DNA of 53,138 nucleotides from Clostridia bacterium (GTDB lineage: Bacteria; Bacillota; Clostridia; Christensenellales; UBA1242), in contig JAGASX010000010.1 in the NCBI GenBank assembly GCA_017621525.1, forward strand, positions 1 to 53,138, read 5' to 3'. The notes under the pieces were generated by a model, which was not told where the DNA came from, ran no database searches, and saw only the letters and a program-made list of their open reading frames with translations. The first letter of the stretch is position 1, and the number at the start of each line of letters is the position of its first letter. Shown one piece after another: positions 45,626 through 53,138 of the stretch. The translations under genes were made by a program, and so were the position numbers.

Positions 45626-48247
45626 CTATCTTGGGAATTTGATGTTTGCTTGTGCAGCTGCAAGGCGTGCAATTGGCACACGGAATGGTGAGCAAGAAAC
45701 ATAGGTAAGGCCTGCTTTGTGGCAGAATTCTACGCTTGATGGGTCGCCACCATGTTCTCCGCAAATACCAAGTTTTATATCAGGGCGGGTTGATTTACCA
45801 AGTTCAGCAGCCATTTTTACAAGTTTGCCAACGCCATTTTGGTCAAGTCTTGCGAATGGGTCGCTTTCAAATATTTTCTTTGAATAGTATGCATCAAGGA
45901 ATTTACCTGCGTCATCACGGCTGAAACCATAAGTCATTTGAGTAAGGTCGTTTGTACCAAATGAGAAGAATTCTGCATATTTTGCAACTTCGTCAGCGGT
46001 GAGGGCTGCACGAGGAATTTCAATCATAGTACCAATTTTGTAAGAAAGTTTTACGCCAGCGTTTGCAATTACTTCGTCGGCTTTCTCGGCAACAATGTCG
46101 CGAACGTACTTAAATTCTTTCCAATCGCAGGTAAGTGGAATCATAATTTCTGGAACAATTTCATATCCCATTTCTTTGTTTACTGCAATTGCCGCTTCAA
46201 TAACTGCCTGTGTTTGCATTTCTGCAATTTCTGGGTAAGTTACTGCAAGGCGAAGTCCGCGATGTCCCATCATAGGGTTGAATTCATGAAGAGATTCAAC
46301 GGTTTCTTTAAGTCTTTCAAAGGTAAGTCCCATTTCCTTTGCAAGAGCCTTGATTTCTTCATCTTCATGAGGCAAAAATTCATGAAGTGGTGGGTCAAGG
46401 AAACGGATTGTAACAGGGTGTCCTTCCATTGCCTTGTAAATGCCAATAAAGTCCCCTCTTTGCATTGGAAGAAGTTTTGCAAGTGCTTTTTTGCGTTCTT
46501 CAACAGAAGTTGAAACAATCATTTCGCGTACGGCTGGAATTCTGTCCGCCTCGAAGAACATATGTTCTGTACGGCAAAGGCCTACGCCCTCTGCGCCAAA
46601 GTTAAAGGCATTTTTAGCGTCTTTTGGATTGTCGGCATTGGTGCGAACTTTAAGTGCGCGTGCTTTATCTGCCCATTCCATAATAGTTGCAAATTCACCA
46701 GAAATTTTTGCTGGCTCTGTTTTAACTTCTCCGTCATAAACCTTACCGGTTGAGCCGTCAAAAGAGATAATATCTCCCTCTTTGAATGTTTTTCCGTTAA
46801 GGGTGAAAGATTGTTCATCATCTGCGAATTTGATTGCAGAGCAACCAGCAACGCAGGCAGTACCCATACCGCGTGCAACAACGGCAGCGTGAGATGTCAT
46901 ACCACCACGAGCGGTAAGCACGCCTTGGCTTACAGCCATACCTTCAATATCCTCTGGTGAAGTTTCAAGTCTTACAAATACAACTTTTGCGTTTGCGCTA
47001 CGCTCTTTTGCCTTTTCAGCAGTAAAGCAAATTTCGCCACAAGCAGCACCCGGAGATGCTGGGAGAGCCTCTGCGATTGGAGTTGCGCCTTTAAGTGCCT
47101 TATCTTCAAATTGTGGGTGAAGAAGTGCGTCAAGTTGTTTAGGGTCAATCATCATAAGTGCCTCTTTTTCACTTATCATGCCCTCTTTAACAAGGTCTAC
47201 GGCAATTTTTAATGCAGCCTTTGCTGTACGTTTGCCGTTTCTGGTTTGAAGCATATAAAGTTTGCCGTTTTCAATAGTAAACTCCATATCTTGCATATCT
47301 TTATTATGCTCCTCAAGTTTCTTTGCAATGTCTGCAAATTGTTTGTAAACTTCAGGATTTTGTTCTGCAAGGGTTGAAATTGGCAGTGGTGTGCGGATGC
47401 CGGCAACCACGTCCTCGCCTTGTGCATTCATAAGATATTCACCATAAAGCACATTTTCGCCTGTTGCAGGGTTACGAGAGAACGCAACACCTGTACCAGA
47501 TGTTTCACCCATGTTACCGAATACCATTGATTGAACATTCACGGCAGTACCCCATTCATATGGAATGTCATGCATTCTGCGGTAAACGTTTGCGCGGTCG
47601 TTATCCCAAGAGCGGAAAACCGCCTTTACAGCCTCGATAAGTTGAACTTTAGGCTCTTGTGGGAATTCCTCACCCTGTGATTTTTTGTAAAGGTCTTTAA
47701 AAAGTGCAACAATTTCTTTAAGGTCCTCTGCTGTAAGGTCTTTATCATATTGAACGCCCTTTTCTTCCTTAACTTTATCAAGAATTCTTTCATATCTTGA
47801 TTTTTCTTGTTGCATAACAACATCGCTGAACATTTGAATAAATCTGCGGTATGAATCGTATGCAAAACGAGGGTTGTTTGTAAGAGATGCAAGTCCCTCT
47901 ACAACTTCGTCATTTAAGCCAAGGTTTAAGATTGTGTCCATCATACCCGGCATAGATACGCGGGCACCAGAGCGAACTGATACAAGAAGTGGATTGTTTT
48001 TGTCGCCAAGTTTTTTGCCTGTCATGGCTTCAAGTTGGGCGAGTTTTTCCTCAATTTGTGCCATAATGTCATCATTGATTTTTCTTCCGTCTACATAGTA
48101 TTGAGTACAAGCCTCGGTTGTAACGGTAAAGCCTTGTGGAACAGGCATACCAAGATTTGTCATTTCAGCAAGGTTTGCACCCTTTCCACCAAAAAGTGCT
48201 TTGTTTTTGCCGTCTGACTCTTTAAAAAGATAAACAAATTGTTTCAT
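45626..48247 (-). CDS. ppdK: Pyruvate, phosphate dikinase
   Basis: GGKGANLAEM, SVRSGARVSMPGMMDT, GGMTSHAAVVARG, SFGTNDLTQ, GICGEHGGDP. Confidence 0.98.
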   Translation of the reverse strand: MKQFVYLFKESDGKNKALFGGKGANLAEMTNLGMPVPQGFTVTTEACTQYYVDGRKINDDIMAQIEEKLAQLEAMTGKKLGDKNNPLLVSVRSGARVSMPGMMDTILNLGLNDEVVEGLASLTNNPRFAYDSYRRFIQMFSDVVMQQEKSRYERILDKVKEEKGVQYDKDLTAEDLKEIVALFKDLYKKSQGEEFPQEPKVQLIEAVKAVFRSWDNDRANVYRRMHDIPYEWGTAVNVQSMVFGNMGETSGTGVAFSRNPATGENVLYGEYLMNAQGEDVVAGIRTPLPISTLAEQNPEVYKQFADIAKKLEEHNKDMQDMEFTIENGKLYMLQTRNGKRTAKAALKIAVDLVKEGMISEKEALMMIDPKQLDALLHPQFEDKALKGATPIAEALPASPGAACGEICFTAEKAKERSANAKVVFVRLETSPEDIEGMAVSQGVLTARGGMTSHAAVVARGMGTACVAGCSAIKFADDEQSFTLNGKTFKEGDIISFDGSTGKVYDGEVKTEPAKISGEFATIMEWADKARALKVRTNADNPKDAKNAFNFGAEGVGLCRTEHMFFEADRIPAVREMIVSTSVEERKKALAKLLPMQRGDFIGIYKAMEGHPVTIRFLDPPLHEFLPHEDEEIKALAKEMGLTFERLKETVESLHEFNPMMGHRGLRLAVTYPEIAEMQTQAVIEAAIAVNKEMGYEIVPEIMIPLTCDWKEFKYVRDIVAEKADEVIANAGVKLSYKIGTMIEIPRAALTADEVAKYAEFFSFGTNDLTQMTYGFSRDDAGKFLDAYYSKKIFESDPFARLDQNGVGKLVKMAAELGKSTRPDIKLGICGEHGGDPSSVEFCHKAGLTYVSCSPFRVPIARLAAAQANIKFPR

Positions 48248-48351
48248 TGCAATATTCTCCTTTTACTTTTGCAAGCATAATTATACCCAAAAAGGGCAAT
48301 TTTACCAAACAAAATACCCCTGTTTTTGAAAAAAGTTGAAAAATTTGCAAA

Positions 48352-48381
48352 TAAAAAAGCCCTTTGCAAAAAAGGGCTTTT
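48352..48381. terminator. Terminator
   Basis: aaaaaagcccttt-gcaa-aaagggcttttt. Confidence 0.75.
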
Positions 48382-48386
48382 GAGGG

Positions 48387-48953
48387 TTAGTAATTTGTGC
48401 GGATTTCGCTGATTACAACGTTTTCTTTGTTGATGCCAAGGCGGATTGCGTAAACGGCAAATTCAACAATTGTGTTGTATAGGTCATGGTCGGCAATGTA
48501 TCGCATAATTTTTGAAATGCCGGGTATATTCCAAAGTTTGTCGTCCTCCATAGAGGTATGCAGGTTGTACTCTGGTTTTTCATAAATATTGCGGTGGGTG
48601 GCCTCTTCGTCTGTGCGGGCGGTAAGGTCTACGCTTTCACTGCCAAATTTACGATGAACAACAATGTCGCCCACCAAAATTATATCTTCCTTAAATTCGT
48701 TGTAAGAAACGCAGATTGTAACGTCTTCTTCAAAGCGGTGCAGGTTCTTTTTGGCCTCTTCAAAGTTTGTTACAAAGCAGAAGTCGCCTTTTGCCTTATT
48801 TGCCGAGCGCATAACATATTCTTTTGCAGGATAGGTTTTGAAAAAGTTTTCAATTCCGTTTAAGTCATTTACTGCAAAAACGTCGAGAGGGAAATAGTTA
48901 AGCCCAAGTTCTTTCATTTTTGCAACGCTGTCTTTTTTGTCTTTTATAATCAT
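48387..48953 (-). CDS. Hypothetical protein
   Basis: 188-aa ORF with GAGGT RBS; no family recognised with confidence. Confidence 0.7.
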   Translation of the reverse strand: MIIKDKKDSVAKMKELGLNYFPLDVFAVNDLNGIENFFKTYPAKEYVMRSANKAKGDFCFVTNFEEAKKNLHRFEEDVTICVSYNEFKEDIILVGDIVVHRKFGSESVDLTARTDEEATHRNIYEKPEYNLHTSMEDDKLWNIPGISKIMRYIADHDLYNTIVEFAVYAIRLGINKENVVISEIRTNY

Positions 48954-48972
48954 TATAACCTCGTTTTTGTGG

Positions 48973-49021
48973 TGAGCCTCTTCCGGCTCTTCGAGCCACC
49001 TTCCCCGGTCTCGGGGAAGGC
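48973..49021 (+). repeat. REP-like palindromic element
   Basis: tgagcctcttcc-ggctc-ttc-gagcc-accttcccc-ggtctc-ggggaaggc; same family as 51158, 51326, 51481, 53061. Confidence 0.85.
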
Positions 49022-49035
49022 TTTATATGGTTTTT

Positions 49036-51072
49036 TTAATCCTCAAAAGGAGATTTTGGCATAAAAACAATTGAATTTCGTTTATCTATGTCATAGAAAA
49101 TGCTTTGCACGTCAAGTGGGCGAGAAATTGAAATTGGCTCTTTCGCCGAAGATTTTTTCATGCAAGGTGTATCGAAGAAAGGCGTCATAACATCTTTCAT
49201 AATTGCCTTACGGAAAATTTTTGCAACAACAGTCCACCTTTCAAGTTGGCGAAGTTGTTGTTTGTCGATAAGTGGTTTTCTTGTACGTTGAACAGATTTT
49301 GAAATATTTTCCCCTTGCGATGAGTCTTTGGTGTTGCGAGAAACATTTTCTTCGTCGTGGAAGACGGTGATTTCACCGCAGGCATCGGAGAACGCTTGAA
49401 TGGTTGAAGGGTCCTCAGAGCCAAGGAATACCTCCATTTGGAAGTTTCCGCGAATGTTTTGTGCCTCGTCTGGGCCATATTTGATGTCAAGTTGTTTGTA
49501 AGATTGCAAAATGATTTCAAAGAAAATTCTTCTTGAACGAGAAACGGTAACCATTGTACCAAAGTTTGGCACGGCTGGCATATTGCCAAATTCATCAAGA
49601 ATGAAGTAAACAGGGCGTTTAAGAGTGCCGGTTTTGCCGTTTTTAGGGTTTACCGTTTTGTTTGCAACGTCAACAAGCACCTTATACAATTGGCTTATGC
49701 AAAGCACTCCCAATGGGTGTCTTTCAGTTTTATGGTCTGGAATACGAATGAAGAAAACTGTTGGTTTTTCTGGAATTTGTGTAAAGTCAATGTCTGTACC
49801 GCTTGTAAGATACAAAATACCGTCATCACCAAGAGTTTTGCCAATTGATGAACTTAATGTTGAAAGGAATGACTTTTGTGTAACACCGCTTGCGCCTGTT
49901 ACGCCAGACATAAGTTGTTTTACGTTGCCATGAATTTCATCACGGCCGTCTGCATATTTTGCAAGTGTTTTAAGTGCACTTTCGCGTTCCCCGGCTGGGT
50001 CGCGACGCATTGCAATTTTGTAAAGGTTGAAGAAGTTGAATTTGTCGAGAGTCATGCCAAGGCGTTCATCACGCGAATCTTCAAGCATGGCGTACATAAT
50101 GCCGGTGATAAGGTCGCGACAACCATTTGCCCAAGTTGGGTCTTTGCTGTTTGGGTCATCTGGAATAAGTGAAAGGGCAATGTTGCGCAGGTCGCTTTTT
50201 GCCTCATCTTCAAGTTGAATTTTTTTGGATTCAAGTTCCATTTTCAAAAGTTCTTTGGTTGGAAATGCCTTGCCCTCAAAGCCATACCAAACATCGCCAT
50301 AGGTTGCCCCGCGAAGAACAGAGGCGTCAAACTTGCGATACCCCATGTTTTCTGGTGTGCAGTTGGTAAATTTTTTAACCTCTTTAATAAGGTTGCCTGC
50401 ACGCTGATATACCTTGTAGGCAATTTCCATTGGGTTCCACATTGATGATGCGTATGGGTCATTAAGGTTTAACACCACAATTTCATAACCCTCTTCACGC
50501 AAAACATCGGCATTGTCGGCATACAACTCACCTTTTGGGTCTGTTACAACCATACTTGGCTTTTCGCCAGAGTGTGCCAAAATTCTTATGGTTGGGTTGG
50601 CAAGAAGTTGTGTTTTACCTACACCTGTTGTACCCAAAACAAGCGAGTGGGTTTCTGGCTTCATGTTGATTTCATATTTTCCGCCAATTTGCTTGTTGCG
50701 GAAGATGAAACCTGTTTTATCCACACTTGGCAGGTCTTTCCAAGTGCAATAAACAAGTTCTTTATCTGTTTTCATTTCATCTGGTGTGATAAACTTGCTG
50801 TCAAAGGCAATGTCAGTTTCTTCACCTGTGGTTGTGCGACCGGTGTTGGAACCACCACTATCCTTTTTCTTGCTTTTTGTGGTTACGCCCAGCAAGAAAC
50901 CAGCAACCACACCCACAGCCATAACTGCAAGTGGAATAGGCTTTGTAAGCATACTTACAATACTGCCACCGTCTTTATTAAAAGCAAAATAGCATACAGC
51001 CACACCAATGCCGTAGCCCAAAATGCCAAACAAAAGCATAAAAATAAGTGCAAATTTAAGTTTTCTCTTCAT
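49036..51072 (-). CDS. VirD4/TraG-family type IV coupling protein
   Basis: Two N-terminal TMs; Walker A GTTGVGKT; VVTDPKGELY; WNP; Walker B FILDEFGN; ILQSYKQL..KYG. Confidence 0.9.
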   Translation of the reverse strand: MKRKLKFALIFMLLFGILGYGIGVAVCYFAFNKDGGSIVSMLTKPIPLAVMAVGVVAGFLLGVTTKSKKKDSGGSNTGRTTTGEETDIAFDSKFITPDEMKTDKELVYCTWKDLPSVDKTGFIFRNKQIGGKYEINMKPETHSLVLGTTGVGKTQLLANPTIRILAHSGEKPSMVVTDPKGELYADNADVLREEGYEIVVLNLNDPYASSMWNPMEIAYKVYQRAGNLIKEVKKFTNCTPENMGYRKFDASVLRGATYGDVWYGFEGKAFPTKELLKMELESKKIQLEDEAKSDLRNIALSLIPDDPNSKDPTWANGCRDLITGIMYAMLEDSRDERLGMTLDKFNFFNLYKIAMRRDPAGERESALKTLAKYADGRDEIHGNVKQLMSGVTGASGVTQKSFLSTLSSSIGKTLGDDGILYLTSGTDIDFTQIPEKPTVFFIRIPDHKTERHPLGVLCISQLYKVLVDVANKTVNPKNGKTGTLKRPVYFILDEFGNMPAVPNFGTMVTVSRSRRIFFEIILQSYKQLDIKYGPDEAQNIRGNFQMEVFLGSEDPSTIQAFSDACGEITVFHDEENVSRNTKDSSQGENISKSVQRTRKPLIDKQQLRQLERWTVVAKIFRKAIMKDVMTPFFDTPCMKKSSAKEPISISRPLDVQSIFYDIDKRNSIVFMPKSPFED

Positions 51073-51157
51073 AAACTCTCCCCTTATACCAAAAGAATAC
51101 CACTTTTAAAATCAAGTGTCAAATGTTCTTGCAAATTATTGGGTAAATGAAAACAAT

Positions 51158-51721
51158 TGAGCCTCTTCCGCCCTTCGGGCACCTTCCCCGGTCTCGGGGA
51201 AGGCGAGAGAAAGTTAGGACTTTAGATAATAAAGCCTCTATCGCAGGGTGAGGGCATTATACCCCTTTTATTATCACTCTATATTATTAAATGTATTTAA
51301 ATCTTAGACTTTATCTATTCCGCTGTGAGCCTCTTCCGGCACTCGTTTCACTCGTGCCACCTTCCCCGGTTTCGGGGAAGGCAAGATTAAGTTAAGGTTT
51401 TTGATAATAAGCTTTCCCCGAGCCCGGGGAAAGTGGCAAGGGCTTGTCCCTTGACGATAGAGGTTCATTTATATGTTTTTTGAGCCTCTTCCGCCCTTCG
51501 GGCACCTTCCCCGGTCTCGGGGAAGGCTTATACGGAGTGATTAAAAACTTGTTTGGGACTTGCTTTACCCCTTGGGGGAAGGCAAGATTAAGTTAAGGTT
51601 TTTGATAATAAGCCGTCCCTTATTTATAAGGGAAGGTGCCTTAAGCATAAGCGAAAGGCGGAAGGGATTTTGATGACACCTCTCGGCACTTCGTGCCACT
51701 CCCCGCGGACTCGCGGGAAGC
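51158..51721. repeat. Cluster of REP-like elements in both orientations (BIME-like)
   Basis: Forward copies at 51158-51204, 51326-51382, 51481-51527; reverse copy 51411-51467; variants ~51612-51666 and 51677-51721; linker ggggaaggcaagattaagttaaggtttttgataataagc is duplicated. Confidence 0.85.
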
Positions 51722-51750
51722 AAAAAAAGTGAGTTTAAAACTCACTTTTT
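51722..51750. terminator. Terminator of the 51754..53037 gene
   Basis: aaaaaagtgagttt-a-aaactcactttttt. Confidence 0.8.
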
Positions 51751-51753
51751 CAA

Positions 51754-53037
51754 TTAAAACTCAAGATTGAAAGCGGGGCGCACGGCGCGGGTAAGGGCAA
51801 CACCGTGGCCGCCCCAAGCGCCATTGTTGCGGACACTGAACGCATAGAAGGAATTGCCAGGGTAAGGAGAGCGAAGCCAATAATATACACCATACTCATC
51901 TGTCGAATTTCGTCGCCAAATAAGGTTATCATAGTATGCTGACCAGTCGTAAGGAATTGTTCCGTTGGCACCAAGAGCACCTCCGCCTACAAGTGTGTAG
52001 ATTTCTTTTACACTCATAAGCCAAAGTTTGTCGGCTCCTGTTGCTCCTTCTACTGATGTATTATATGTTGCATTTGGTTTTGTTCCTGTTGGTGGAGCAT
52101 ATGCATCATCTCCTCCCTCATTTGGCACGGTTGTTCCATCTGAACTATACGCCCAACCGATGTCTGTGTGTAAGTCTGTAATCTCTCTTGCTGTGATTGC
52201 ATTGTAGGTTGCGTCATTTGCAAGGTTAAGGGCGGTTATATAATCTCCGTTAAGGTATGTTCTTATGTCGCTTGTTGCGTAGTTATTCCCCTCTGAAGCG
52301 TTAAAAGATTGAGTTATACCTGTGTTGGTTTCAAGTATGAACGTTCCAACAGAGCCTGCACTTGGCGCGGTAGAGCCGGTAAACTTAGTTGTTTCGCTTG
52401 CTCCGCTCTCTTTTACTCCCACCAATCTCCATTTAACAGGATTGCTTTGGTAAGTGCCCATTTCTACATAAAAGCCTTTTGAATCTCTTTTTAATAAAGG
52501 TTCCGGTGCTGTTGCATCCCTTAAATCAAAGATAAAATTGTATTCCACACTTGCACTTGCGTTAGTATCGGTTACCTTAATTTCCATTGTGTATACTTTT
52601 GTTGTTTTGGCTGGAATTGTTTGTTCTCCGTTAGCAGAGCCGTTATCAAATGTCAATGTTTTGGTTGCATTGGTAAGTGATGAAATGTTGTCGGTAAGGG
52701 TTACGTAAAGTGCACGTTCACTTTTGTTTTGTATAGTAACCGTCCATTTGATTGTTGGTATGGTTGCATCTGCAAAGGTTAAGTTCTGTTTCCAAGTGTT
52801 AATTTCTGTTGTGCTTGGGGTTGATTTTGCAGAATAGTTTAGTGGTGATAAAGTTGGGGTTGTTGTTGCACCTGATATACTGCCTGTTATGGTTGCGTAT
52901 ATATTAGTTGCGTTAAATGATATAGTTCCACCTATATTAACGTTTGCACTGCTTACCGCCCATACTCCTGTGATAAGCAAGGCAACTACTAAAAAGAACA
53001 TACTTATTGTTGTAACCAATCTTGTTTTTAAAGTCAT
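51754..53037 (-). CDS. Exported/membrane-anchored protein with C-terminal DUF6273-like (CLec-type) domain; candidate DGR target
   Basis: Start MTLKTRL at 53037 (GGAGG RBS); N-terminal hydrophobic helix; NNYATSDIRTYLN, DKLWLMS..E, YWLRSP...VRPAF motifs. Confidence 0.75.
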   Translation of the reverse strand: MTLKTRLVTTISMFFLVVALLITGVWAVSSANVNIGGTISFNATNIYATITGSISGATTTPTLSPLNYSAKSTPSTTEINTWKQNLTFADATIPTIKWTVTIQNKSERALYVTLTDNISSLTNATKTLTFDNGSANGEQTIPAKTTKVYTMEIKVTDTNASASVEYNFIFDLRDATAPEPLLKRDSKGFYVEMGTYQSNPVKWRLVGVKESGASETTKFTGSTAPSAGSVGTFILETNTGITQSFNASEGNNYATSDIRTYLNGDYITALNLANDATYNAITAREITDLHTDIGWAYSSDGTTVPNEGGDDAYAPPTGTKPNATYNTSVEGATGADKLWLMSVKEIYTLVGGGALGANGTIPYDWSAYYDNLIWRRNSTDEYGVYYWLRSPYPGNSFYAFSVRNNGAWGGHGVALTRAVRPAFNLEF

Positions 53038-53060
53038 ATTTTTATTCCTCCTATATCTTA

Positions 53061-53107
53061 TGAGCCTCTTCCGCCCTGCGGGCACCTTCCCCGGGCTCGG
53101 GGAAGGC
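53061..53107 (+). repeat. REP-like palindromic element
   Basis: tgagcctcttccgccc-tgc-gggcaccttcccc-gggctc-ggggaaggc. Confidence 0.85.
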
Positions 53108-53138
53108 TTAACTTTTCACTCTTCACTTTTATTTCTTC

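Noticed and set aside
210-51980. Many short ORFs antisense or out of frame within long genes (e.g. 904..1434, 11978..12634, 13682..14173, 50572..51150)
   Set aside because: Shadow ORFs of well-supported genes, without RBS or recognisable motifs
53038-53085. N-terminal extension MPAGRKRL... of the last ORF
   Set aside because: Reads through a REP element; the GGAGG RBS supports ATG 53037

Overview
53 kb of chromosome from a low-GC, probably spore-forming Clostridia-class Firmicute (spmA/spmB present, standard genetic code); most genes are on the minus strand. Housekeeping genes (rsmA, tatD, spmAB, gltX, dnaB, typA, rpoZ, ppdK, rubrerythrin, tRNA-Ser) are mixed with lineage-specific surface proteins, including a ~3350-aa lipoprotein. 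The centre holds a complete type II-A CRISPR-Cas locus: tracrRNA, cas9, cas1, cas2, csn2, leader, 21 perfect 36-nt repeats, one degenerate repeat and 21 spacers of 30 nt. The best candidate for an undescribed system lies just past the array trailer on the same strand: two tandem promoter + structured small RNA + terminator cassettes, a frameshifted small ORF, and a ~493-aa protein with two HEPN-type R-N-x3-H motifs. It may be an RNA-regulated dual-HEPN RNase linked to Cas9 immunity; this is inference and untested. Other notable items: a DUF6273-like surface protein whose last 43 codons show the signature of a DGR variable region (no RT in the window), tRNA-Ser 3'-end remnants bounding accreted gene cassettes, a REP/BIME-like palindrome cluster, and isolated VirD4-like and VirB6-like genes among housekeeping genes. 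Family calls come from recognised motifs only; no database searches were run.
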